Source: Bacteroidales bacterium
Lineage (GTDB): Bacteria > Bacteroidota > Bacteroidia > Bacteroidales > JAADJA01
Direction: 5' to 3'
Length of the DNA: 64,000 bases
Assembly (NCBI GenBank): GCA_030596605.1
Contig: JAUVJI010000004.1
Span: forward strand, 464 to 64,463
The notes under the pieces are model-generated. The model was not told the DNA's origin. It made no database searches and worked only from the letters and a program-made list of their open reading frames with translations. Within the stretch, counting starts at the first letter, position 1; each line of letters starts with the position of its first letter. Shown here one piece after another: positions 19,867-29,600 of this stretch. The position numbers and the translations under genes are program-made.

Positions 19867-20072
19867 CTAATTGTATTGAAGCAATTTAATATATTAATAC
19901 CACATCTATTTAATTAAATTTCAAAGCTTTACGGCAAGAGGACAGCCTACTGCATTATGGAAATTTTGAACAAAATTCAACTAAATAAAGTTAAAAAAAA
20001 AATAAAAAAGCACTTGACTTTCTAAAAAAAATAACGTATAAACAATCCGCGCAATTATACCAGACAAATAGT

Positions 20073-20687
20073 CTATTCTGTGTGTAAATAATTTATCCTT
20101 AAATTCTTAATCTTACTAAACCTCTTAAAAACCTTATTAGAATTATTTTTTCGAACACTAAGCTTTATCACACATTTCAGATCAAAACTATGAAAAATCT
20201 GATTAATATTCTCTTCTTTGATAATTTTCATAACGTCATTCATACTTTCATAGTCAAAGTTAACCTGGTAAATATCCTGTATAGTCTTTGTAATAATTTG
20301 TGCATTATCCAGCACTTCTTTGGTTGCTGTTTTATATGCATTGATTAATCCGCTCACTCCAAGTTTAGTGCCTCCAAAATATCTTACAACAACTACCATA
20401 ATATTGGTCAGGTCTTTCGAAATTATCTGTCCGTATATCGGTCTTCCCGCTGTGCCTGAAGGTTCACCATCATCATTAACCCTGTAAACCGATTTATCAA
20501 AACCCAGCCTGTATGCATAACAATGATGTCTTGCATCATGATATTCCTTCCTTAATTCCTCAATTTGGCTTTTAACCTCCTTTTCATCAATCACCGGAAA
20601 AGCAATAGATATAAATTTACTACCCTTTTCCTTATAAATCCCTTCAGAAACCTTCTCTATCGTTTTGTACGTATCTTCACAAAGCAT
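20073..20687 (-). CDS. YigZ / IMPACT-family protein
   Basis: KGSKFI...DARHHCYAYRLG...DDGEPSGTAGRPI...VVVVRYFGGTKLG matches the Impact_N/UPF0029 signature. Confidence 0.8.
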   Translation of the reverse strand: MLCEDTYKTIEKVSEGIYKEKGSKFISIAFPVIDEKEVKSQIEELRKEYHDARHHCYAYRLGFDKSVYRVNDDGEPSGTAGRPIYGQIISKDLTNIMVVVVRYFGGTKLGVSGLINAYKTATKEVLDNAQIITKTIQDIYQVNFDYESMNDVMKIIKEENINQIFHSFDLKCVIKLSVRKNNSNKVFKRFSKIKNLRINYLHTE

Positions 20688-20865
20688 TTATAATCAACTA
20701 ACTAATTCAAAGAACTACTATTTTATCTTTTAAATTAACTACCTTAAACATCAATAGTTGCTTTCAATAATTTCAATAAAATTATACTATATAGTTTATA
20801 TTACCTAAGAAAAAATAAAAAAAATGAAGTTTTCCAAAATAAAGTTGATCAATCAGAGAATTTTT

Positions 20866-20873
20866 TACTTTTG
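20866..20873 (+). promoter_or_regulatory. Candidate -7 promoter element (TACTTTTG) upstream of ygeY-ygeW
   Basis: Fits TAnnTTTG and lies 23 nt upstream of the ATG at 20897. No clear -33 TTTG found. Confidence 0.3.
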
Positions 20874-20896
20874 GTTGGACAAATTAAACAGAGACA

Positions 20897-22084
20897 ATGG
20901 CGAACATTTTTAATAAAATAAATGAATTATCACAGGCGCATATTAATATGAGCGCCGAGAATCTTTCAAAACTGGTACGAATCGAATCGCTCAGTTGCAA
21001 TGAAAAATCAGTTCAGAAAGTTTTAAAACAACTTATGGAAGAATGTGGGGCAGACGAAGTAATAATTGACGGACTTGGAAATTGTATTGGTAAAATGGGC
21101 AACGGATCAAAAGTTATAGCCATTGACGGGCATATGGACACAGTTGATGTTGGCAATATAACTAATTGGGATTTTAATCCTTTTTCAGGTGAAATTAAAA
21201 ATGGATTCGTTCATGGCCGAGGGAGTGTAGATCAAAAGGGAGGAGTGGCCTCCATGCTCACCTCCATCAAAATTTTAAAAGAACTTGGAATTCCTGATGA
21301 CCTGACGATTTATTTTATTGGAAGTGTAATGGAAGAAGATTGTGATGGATTGTGCTGGAAATACATTATTGAGGAGGACAAAATAAAACCAGATGTAGTC
21401 ATTATTACTGAACCCACTAATCTGAATATTTACAGAGGACAAAGGGGGAGGATGGAAATCCAGATTTCATTTCAAGGCATATCTTCTCACGGCTCGGCAC
21501 CTGAACGGGGTAAAAATGCCATTTACCTGGCATCTGAAGCAGCCTTAAGAATCAAAGACTTAAATAATAAACTTAAACATGATGTTTTTCTTGGTAAAGG
21601 TTCTATAACTATTTCCGAATTTAAATCTGATAGCCCTTCGTTATGTGCTGTGGCTGATTATGCTCAATTGCACATTGACAGAAGGCTTACCTGGGGTGAG
21701 ACAAAAAAATCAGCCATTCTTGAATTGGAGGAGGTGATGAAAGGATTGGATCCTAAAATCTCGATTCCCTATTATGAGGAAGAAGCTTTTACAGGAAAGA
21801 TGTATGGAATGGAGAAATATTATCCGACATGGATAATAGAGGAAAACCATCCGGTTATTACTACTGGAGTTATCACTTACAAAGAACTTTTTAATAAACC
21901 TCCAAAAGTTGACAAATGGACTTTTTCGACTAATGGAGTTACCATCAATGGGATATACAATATCCCCATTATTGGATTTGGCCCAGGTGATGAAGTGATG
22001 GCTCATGCACCAAATGAAAAAATTCCAATTCAAGACTTACAAGTAGCATCTGCATTTTATGCAGCTTTTGCTTTATCAATTTAA
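20897..22084 (+). CDS. ygeY: YgeY-family M20 metallohydrolase (the 'selenium-metabolism-linked hydrolase' family)
   Basis: Long blocks match my recollection of E. coli YgeY: EEDCDGLCW.YIIE, YRGQRGRMEI, HGSAPERG.NAI, IDRRLTWGET, VDKWTFSTNGV, IGFGPG...AHAPNEK. Confidence 0.8.
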   Translation: MANIFNKINELSQAHINMSAENLSKLVRIESLSCNEKSVQKVLKQLMEECGADEVIIDGLGNCIGKMGNGSKVIAIDGHMDTVDVGNITNWDFNPFSGEIKNGFVHGRGSVDQKGGVASMLTSIKILKELGIPDDLTIYFIGSVMEEDCDGLCWKYIIEEDKIKPDVVIITEPTNLNIYRGQRGRMEIQISFQGISSHGSAPERGKNAIYLASEAALRIKDLNNKLKHDVFLGKGSITISEFKSDSPSLCAVADYAQLHIDRRLTWGETKKSAILELEEVMKGLDPKISIPYYEEEAFTGKMYGMEKYYPTWIIEENHPVITTGVITYKELFNKPPKVDKWTFSTNGVTINGIYNIPIIGFGPGDEVMAHAPNEKIPIQDLQVASAFYAAFALSI

Positions 22085-22115
22085 TCAATAAATCATCTAT
22101 TCAAAAAAACATAAC

Positions 22116-23303
22116 ATGGCTATTCAGCAAATCATTGAAGAAATATCGAATTTAAATTCAAACCTATTCCAAAAAGACTTTTTACTCACATGGGAAAAAT
22201 CGGATGATGATATCTTTCAAATCATAAAAATAGCTGAGATTTTAAAATCTTTAAGGGAATCAAATATTTCTTCAAAATGTTTTGATTCAGGATTAGCTGT
22301 TTCAATTTTCAGGGACCAATCCACACGAACAAGATTTTCATTTGCATCAGCTGCCAACTTGCTTGGATTGACCATCCAGGATTTTGATGAATCAAAATCA
22401 CAAGTAGGCCATGGTGAAACTTTAAGGGAAACTGCGAATATGATATCATTTTTTACTGATATTGTCGGAATAAGGGATGATAAATACATTGGGATCGGAA
22501 ATGATTATATGCGAAAATTTGGTAAGGCACTGGATGATGGTTTTGAAAACGGAGTTTTAGAACAGCGCCCCGGAATCATAAACTTGCAGTGCGATATTGA
22601 TCATCCAACACAAAGTTTATCAGATTTACTCTATCTGAAAAACTATTTTGGCTCACTCGAAGCCCTGCAAGGGAAAAAAATTGCGATGTCATGGGCTTAC
22701 TCACCCAGCTATGGAAAACCATTATCGGTTCCACAGGGTATTATAGGCTTAATGACCCGTTTTGGAATGGATGTACATTTGGCCCATCCAGAGGGGTACG
22801 ATCTTCTGCCTAAAGTAATTGATAAAGCAAATATCCAATCACAACAGTCTGAAGGATCATTTAAAATTGTTGATTCAATGGAAGAAGCTTTCGAAAACGC
22901 TGATGTAGTTTATCCTAAAAGCTGGTCGCCCTTGCATATTATGCAAGCAAAATCTGAATTGGTGAAAAATAATGATCACATTAAAATCTCAGAACTTGAG
23001 GAGGAAGGATTAAACCACAATGCCAAACACAAAAATTGGGAATGTACAGAAAAATTGATGAATTTAACCAGAGATAAAAATGCACCTTATATGCATTGTC
23101 TGCCTGCAGACATTTCAGGAATTTCTTGTGAGCAAGGAGAAGTTCAAAAGGAAGTTTTTGAAAAATACAGGATCCAAACTTATATTGAAGCCAGCTACAA
23201 ACCTTATATCATCGCATCCATGATTTTAAATAACCGTTTTGAAAATCCAGATGAGCTACTCACACAAATGATGAATAACAGTGAAAATAAAAGGCTGTTG
23301 TAA
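22116..23303 (+). CDS. ygeW: Knotted carbamoyltransferase YgeW
   Basis: Near-collinear with my recollection of E. coli YgeW: KDFLLTWE, FRD.STRTRFS, HGET.RETANMISF, NLQCDIDHPTQS, KKIAM.WAYSPSYGKPLSVPQGIIGLMTRFGMDV.LAHPEGYDL, YMHCLPADISG.SC..GEV. 395 aa. Confidence 0.88.
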   Translation: MAIQQIIEEISNLNSNLFQKDFLLTWEKSDDDIFQIIKIAEILKSLRESNISSKCFDSGLAVSIFRDQSTRTRFSFASAANLLGLTIQDFDESKSQVGHGETLRETANMISFFTDIVGIRDDKYIGIGNDYMRKFGKALDDGFENGVLEQRPGIINLQCDIDHPTQSLSDLLYLKNYFGSLEALQGKKIAMSWAYSPSYGKPLSVPQGIIGLMTRFGMDVHLAHPEGYDLLPKVIDKANIQSQQSEGSFKIVDSMEEAFENADVVYPKSWSPLHIMQAKSELVKNNDHIKISELEEEGLNHNAKHKNWECTEKLMNLTRDKNAPYMHCLPADISGISCEQGEVQKEVFEKYRIQTYIEASYKPYIIASMILNNRFENPDELLTQMMNNSENKRLL

Positions 23304-23342
23304 TAAAATATTTTAATATGGCAAAAAAGGATGTATAAATTG

Positions 23343-25637
23343 CTATTTACATCCGTTATTTTTGGCTCTCTTCTCGGCACACTGCGCATCCATAACAGCA
23401 ATCATCACCATATTTACAATCTCCGGAACGCTGGAACCAATTTGGAGTACATGAACAGATTTACTTAATCCGTTAATCACAGGTCCGATAACTTCAAATT
23501 TACTGATTGTTTGAAGAAGTTTATAGGCAATATTTCCAGCAGTTAAATAGGGAAAAATGAGGGTATTTGCCTTCCCTCCTTCTAATTTCGAAAATGGAAA
23601 GCTTTCACTTAAAATCTCCTCATCCAATGCTACATTTACCTGCATCTCCCCATCCACAATTAAATCAGGATAATCCCTGTGAAGGATAGATACAGCCTCC
23701 CTTTGTTTTTGTGGAATAGTGCCATCATTCGATCCGAAATTAGAATAGGAAACAAATGCTATACGTGGTTTGATTTTAAATTGCTCAACTGCAAATGCAG
23801 TTTGCAAAGTAATTTCAACCATCTCTTTTACTGTAGGATTTTTATTTACTGTACAATCAGACAGGAAGAAGGATCCTTCTTTTGTATTAATTATATACAT
23901 TCCCGACACGATATTTGCGCCTTCCTTTTTACCGATTATTTCAATGGCAGGTCGTAATGTATCAGGATAATTCCGTGTGAGGCCGGATATCATTGCATCC
24001 GCATGTCCGCTTTCTACAAGCATCGGGCTAAAATAATTACGATGTAACATAGCATCTTGTGCAGATGTCATTGTTACTCCTTTGCGCTGCCTTTTTTTCC
24101 AGTACAATTCTGCAAATTTTTGTCTCCTTTGTTTTTCTTTCTTCGATTTCGGATCTATAATTTCCACTCCGTCCAGTTCCAAATCGTTAATTTCTATCAA
24201 TTCTTTTATGGTATCATGACTGCCCAAGAGAACCGGTTCGGCAAGCTTTTCATTCATAACAATTTCAGCGGCTTTCAGCATTTTATAATTTTCAGCCTCA
24301 GCAAAAACAACACGTTTCGGATCACGTTTTACGCTGGATTTAATCTGTCTTATCAAAGGATTTGAGATTCCCAATCTTTTATTAAGTTCTTCACTGTATT
24401 TATCCCAATTTTCTATTGGTTTTCTTGCCACACCCGACTCCACCGCAGCCCTGGCAACAGCTGGTGCAACATGAACTATTAACCTCGGATCTGTTGGTTT
24501 GGGAATAATATAATCTTTTCCAAATTTTAGGTTTTGGGTCTGAAAAGCAATATTTACCTCCTCAGGCACAGGCAATTTAGCAAGTTCAGCCAGAGCTATT
24601 GATGCCGCAAGTTTCATTTCATCATTTATAGTGGTTGATTTTACATCCATTGCGCCCCTGAAAATAAATGGAAATCCAAGAACATTGTTAATTTGATTAG
24701 GATAGTCTGACCGTCCTGTGGCCATAATAATATCTTCTCGTACAGAAAATGCTTCTTCCGGGAGAATTTCAGGAACAGGATTCGCAAGTGCAAAAACTAT
24801 GGGATTATCAGCCATCCCTTTCAGCCATTCTTTCTTCAGCGCGCCGGAAACGGATAACCCCAGAAACATATCAGCGCCTTTGATCGCTTCCTCTAATGTA
24901 TGGACAGGTTTGCTTGTAGCAAACTGTTTTTTTATTTCATTTAAATCGGTCCTGTCCTTATGTATAACACCCCTGCTATCAACCATTGTGATATTTTCAG
25001 GCTTTACACCCAATTTCATATACAACTTAGTGCAGGAAACTGCAGATGCGCCAGCACCATTTACAACAATTTTAATTTTATCAATTTTCTTCCCATTAAT
25101 TTCTAATGCATTGAGCAAACCCGCAGACGTAATAATTGCTGTTCCGTGCTGATCATCGTGCATTACAGGAATATCAACCGCTGCTTTTATCTTATCCTCG
25201 ATGGCAAAACATTCAGGAGCTTTAATATCTTCAAGGTTGATACCACCAAAAGTCGGAGCAATGGCAACAACAGTATCAACAAACTTATCAATGTCTTTTT
25301 CGTTTACTTCAATATCAAATACATCAATATCTGCAAATATTTTAAAAAGTAAGCCCTTTCCTTCCATAACAGGTTTACCTGCCTCTGGTCCAATATCTCC
25401 CAAACCTAAAACAGCCGTTCCATTTGAAATAACGGCGACCAGATTTCCTTTGGCAGTGTATTTATAAACATCATCCGGATTGTCTTTGATAGCAAGACAT
25501 GGATCAGCAACCCCTGGTGTATAGGCTAATGACAGGTCCCTTTGAGTTGAATACGGTTTAGTAGGAACAACTTCAATCTTACCGGGTCTCCCTTTTGAAT
25601 GATAATTAAAAGCGTCTTTTCTGAATAAAGTATCCAT
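23343..25637 (-). CDS. maeB: NADP-dependent malic enzyme (MaeB type: malic enzyme plus PTA-like C-terminal domain)
   Basis: N-terminal malic-enzyme motifs (LSLAYTPGVA, VISNGTAVLGLGDIGP, GGINLEDI, VNGAGASA). About 330 aa of phosphotransacetylase-like C-terminus. 764 aa. Confidence 0.9.
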   Translation of the reverse strand: MDTLFRKDAFNYHSKGRPGKIEVVPTKPYSTQRDLSLAYTPGVADPCLAIKDNPDDVYKYTAKGNLVAVISNGTAVLGLGDIGPEAGKPVMEGKGLLFKIFADIDVFDIEVNEKDIDKFVDTVVAIAPTFGGINLEDIKAPECFAIEDKIKAAVDIPVMHDDQHGTAIITSAGLLNALEINGKKIDKIKIVVNGAGASAVSCTKLYMKLGVKPENITMVDSRGVIHKDRTDLNEIKKQFATSKPVHTLEEAIKGADMFLGLSVSGALKKEWLKGMADNPIVFALANPVPEILPEEAFSVREDIIMATGRSDYPNQINNVLGFPFIFRGAMDVKSTTINDEMKLAASIALAELAKLPVPEEVNIAFQTQNLKFGKDYIIPKPTDPRLIVHVAPAVARAAVESGVARKPIENWDKYSEELNKRLGISNPLIRQIKSSVKRDPKRVVFAEAENYKMLKAAEIVMNEKLAEPVLLGSHDTIKELIEINDLELDGVEIIDPKSKKEKQRRQKFAELYWKKRQRKGVTMTSAQDAMLHRNYFSPMLVESGHADAMISGLTRNYPDTLRPAIEIIGKKEGANIVSGMYIINTKEGSFFLSDCTVNKNPTVKEMVEITLQTAFAVEQFKIKPRIAFVSYSNFGSNDGTIPQKQREAVSILHRDYPDLIVDGEMQVNVALDEEILSESFPFSKLEGGKANTLIFPYLTAGNIAYKLLQTISKFEVIGPVINGLSKSVHVLQIGSSVPEIVNMVMIAVMDAQCAEKRAKNNGCK

Positions 25638-26015
25638 CGAAAAATATTTTATTGTGAATTAATTAACAATCTGGCAAAACTAATAATTTGTTTTTTTAAA
25701 AAACTACTATTTCACTATTATTTTTCAATGATAAATTGTTTACAAATTATACTTCAAAGCCTGCGTGTATTTATTAAAATTCATATTTTAGCGATCAGGT
25801 TATTTTTAATGTTTAAATGCGACAATGCCTAAATGCTTAAATGTATTACAATATTTTAATCTCTGATAATGAATAATTTGAAAATCAAATCGTAGGATTT
25901 TGCATTCTAAAGAGTATTTCATTATTGCTTTTAAGCATTTAAGCATTATTTAATATTTCACTTAATTCGTAGTAGTATTATTGTAATTAATCAATTAAAA
26001 TACTAAAACATAGGT

Positions 26016-26615
26016 ATGTATTCATATATTGAGGGAAAACTGATTGAGAAGAATCCTGCATATGTCGTGATCGATTGTCAGGGTATTGGGTATATGATTA
26101 ATATTTCGCTCAATACATTTACAAAATTAAAAGACAAAGGACACTTTAAATTATTCACCCATTTCGCCATAAAAAATGAGGCTACGACCCCAGTTGGGTT
26201 TGTATTATTTGGTTTTGCTGATGAACAGGAACGTCAATTTTTCCAGCAATTGATATCGGTATCAGGAGTTGGGCAAAGCACTGCTTTATTGATGTTATCA
26301 TCACTTGCAACCGAAAAATTGTACGCTGCCATAGTTGGAAATAATCCGGCAGTTTTACAATCAGTTAAAGGCATTGGGGCAAAGTCGGCCCAACGAATTA
26401 TTATTGATTTGAAAGACAAATTGGAAAAAGGAAAAATATCGTATGATTTTGTTGGTGATGCACACAATACTAATAAAGAAGAAGCGTTATCAGGATTAGC
26501 TGTATTAGGATTTAATAAGCTGGCAGCAGATAGGGCTTTAAGCAAAATTTTAGAAAAAGAAGGAGCAGACCTTCCTGTTGAAATACTGATTAAAGAAGCA
26601 TTGAAGATTTTGTAA
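26016..26615 (+). CDS. ruvA: Holliday-junction branch-migration complex subunit RuvA
   Basis: MYSYIEGKL...VVIDCQGIGY..., HhH motifs (LISVSGVGQSTA; VKGIGAKSAQRII), and a domain III tail. Confidence 0.9.
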   Translation: MYSYIEGKLIEKNPAYVVIDCQGIGYMINISLNTFTKLKDKGHFKLFTHFAIKNEATTPVGFVLFGFADEQERQFFQQLISVSGVGQSTALLMLSSLATEKLYAAIVGNNPAVLQSVKGIGAKSAQRIIIDLKDKLEKGKISYDFVGDAHNTNKEEALSGLAVLGFNKLAADRALSKILEKEGADLPVEILIKEALKIL

Positions 26616-26686
26616 AACTTTTGGTGGTTAACTAGATACTTTGAAAAACTGTTAACTTTAGAATTAGTTGAGTTTTTCAAAGTTTT

Positions 26687-29600
26687 TTGATTTTAGAAAA
26701 GACTTTTTATTTGGAGCGGATTGTAAGATATAGTTTACTCTTCACTTTATTGATGTTTATTTGTTCCATTGCCTGGGGAAACACCCGAACTGGATGGCAC
26801 ATAGCAGATAATCATTACAAAGTGAACAAATTTTTATTCCCTCCTGATTCAATTACAGGTAATGACACTACCCAACACATCAACCTTCCCTACCCGACCG
26901 AAGAAGAACAATTTCCATATACAGGTGATGATAATACAAATCCTCTTTTCTTAAAACCTCCTTCTAATTTAGAAACTGAGGTTGAATATGATCCTGAAAC
27001 CGGTCAGTATATCATGAAACATAAAATGGGAGAGTTGGATTACAGGTCTCCCACTTATATGTCGCTTGAGGAGTACAGGGAATATGACCTTGAAAATTCG
27101 GTAAGTGAATATTGGCGCGAAAGAGCCAAGGCTGCCGGTGTAGGCACCAGAAGTGGTATTATTCCTTCCATTTATATCGGAGGTAAAGCATTCGATAAAA
27201 TTTTTGGAGGCCACACCATAGATATTCGCCCTTCAGGTACAGTGGAATTAATTTTTCAAATAATTGGTAATACAAGAGATGACCCTACCCTTGATGTAAA
27301 CCAAAGAAGCCAGGTCAATTTCGATTTTCAGGAAAAGATCCAAATGAATGTAGTAGCTAAAATCGGAGATAAAATTGAATTCAAAACCAATTATAACACC
27401 GAGGCTACCTTTGATTTTGAAAATAAACTTAATCTTAGTTACGAAGGTGACGAAGACGAAATCATTCAATTAATTGAGGCCGGTGATGTAAGTCTTCCCC
27501 TCAACAGTTCTTTAATAACAGGAAGCCAGAGTTTATTCGGCATAAAGACCAAATTAAGATTTGGCAAAACAACAGTTACAGCGCTCTATTCTGAGCAAGA
27601 AAGTGAAACCTCAACCATTACTGTTCAGGGAGGCGCTCAAACCAATGATTTTCTTTTAAAAGCTGATGATTATGAAGAGAAAAAACACTTCTTCCTTGCT
27701 CATTATTTCCGTGATAACTATGAAAAAGCCTATGCCGATTTACCCATCATTACTTCCAGTATAAATATAACTAAAATTGAAGTATGGGTAACAAATATAG
27801 GAGCCGCTGTAACTCAGAACCGTAATATTGTAGCCTTTACTGATATTGGTGAATATGAAAAAATTCACAGTAATAAAATCTTACCTGATAATAATTATGA
27901 TCAGGCGCCACTTCCCGATAACAGAGCCAATACTCTGTTTTCAATTCTCGATTCAAATCAAATGAGAGACATAAATAAAGTGAGTAATCATTTATTAAGC
28001 GAAGGTTTTGTGCAGGGTGAAGATTTTGAAAAAATAGAATTAGCCAGAAAATTAAATCAAAATGAATATTCCTTCAATAGCAAACTAGGGTTTATTTCAC
28101 TGCACAGCACTTTAAACTCAGATCAAACACTTGCAGTAGCATTTCAATTCCAGAATATCGGAGACGAAACCATTTTCCAGGTTGGCGAATTTTCTGACGA
28201 AGGAATTACAGGCCAGAATTGTCTTATGGTCAAACTCCTTAAAAGCACTTATGTAAATATCAGAAGCCCTATCTGGGATTTGATGATGAAAAATGTTTAT
28301 GCGCTCAACGCCTACAAGGTAAACAGGGATGATTTTACTTTAAATATTCTGTATTCAGGAGATGAAACCGGTGTACCAACGGGTTATTTTGAAGAAGGCC
28401 CGTTTAACGGAGATCCTTTAATTAATGTTTTTAATCTCGATAACCTTGATGCCCTGGGAAATCCACTCCCTAATGGTGATGGTGTTTTTGACTTTCTTGA
28501 TAATGCAGCCACACAAGGTGGTACTATCAATTCTTCAAACGGTAGAATATTTTTTACAGTTCTGGAACCATTTGGAAGCTATTTAAGAAAAAAATTCGGA
28601 GAAGAATATGAAAACCTTGCTAATAAATACTGCTACGACTCACTTTATACCTTAACAAAAACCGGCGCCCAGCAATATACTGAAAAAAACAAATTCTTAA
28701 TCTCAGGTTATTATAAGTCGCAGTCGGGTTCTGAAATTTCTCTTAATGCCTTAAATGTGCCTCAAGGATCGGTAACCGTAACAGCCGGAGGTACTCCCCT
28801 GGTTGAAAATGTTGACTATACGGTAGATTATACATTGGGCCGTGTGAGGATCATTAATGAAGGAATATTAAATTCCGGTACACCCATTAACATCTCGATG
28901 GAAAGTAATACACTTTTCAGTATTCAAACTAAAAGGTTAATGGGCGCCCACATTGATTATGACTTTAGCAAGGATTTCCATATTGGTGGTACCATATTAA
29001 ACCTGCATGAACGACCTTTAACACAAAAGGTTAATTACGGTGATGATCCAATATCAAATACTATTTGGGGATTGGATTACAGCTATCAGACAGAATCCAG
29101 GTTTATCACCAAACTGGTTGATAAATTACCATTCATCAGTACTTCCGCTCCCTCAAATATTGCTATTGATGGTGAATTTGCACATTTTCTACCGGGTCAT
29201 TCCAGGGCAGTTGGAGGCGAAGGTGTATCATATATTGATGACTTTGAAGGAACGGTCTCTACCATTGATCTACGCGGATATACTTCCTGGTACCTGGCAA
29301 GTACCCCGCAATTCCAGAATGACCTGTTTCCGGAAGCCAATATTTACGGGGATAAAAGCAGTATAGCTTACGGATTTAACAGGGCTAAAGTCGCTTGGTA
29401 CGTAGTTGATCCCAGCGTATTTTACGACAGGAACAGCAGCTTAAGGCCACCAAATATAACCAATGATGAGCTTTCGAATAACTATGTAAGGCAAATTCTG
29501 GAAAAAGAAGTATTTCCAAATAAAGAAATCGCACAAGGAACACCTACAAATATTGGGGTGTTTAATATGGCATTTTATCCCAGCGACAGGGGACCCTATA

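Noticed and set aside
19867-20896. Looked for oriC (clustered DnaA boxes TTATCCACA/TGTGGATAA plus an AT-rich unwinding element) in the intergenic regions flanking dnaA and yigZ.
   Set aside because: I found only weak partial matches (for example AATACCACA near 19904 and TTATACCAG near 20065) and no cluster of boxes. AT-richness alone is not diagnostic in this genome. GC-skew or a DnaA-box scan on the whole chromosome is needed.
24718-25152. Antisense or shadow ORFs in the supplied track. Examples are 24718..25152, 26234..26680, 34893..35210, 46619..47014, 54842..55246, 41530..41853, 31207..31530, 9033..9260 and 9051..9239 (these last two lie over the tRNA).
   Set aside because: Each lies wholly inside, and antisense or out of frame to, a gene with strong family signatures or the tRNA. 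Their translations are low-complexity or hydrophobic junk.
25814-25947. Reiterated TAAATGC motifs (25814, 25830, 25838) and a 12-nt inverted match AATGCTTAAATG / CATTTAAGCATT (25832-25843 and 25936-25947) in the maeB-ruvA divergent region.
   Set aside because: The motifs are AT-rich and short. A 12-nt inverted match within about 100 nt is close to chance expectation in 64 kb of AT-rich DNA. There is no supporting context.
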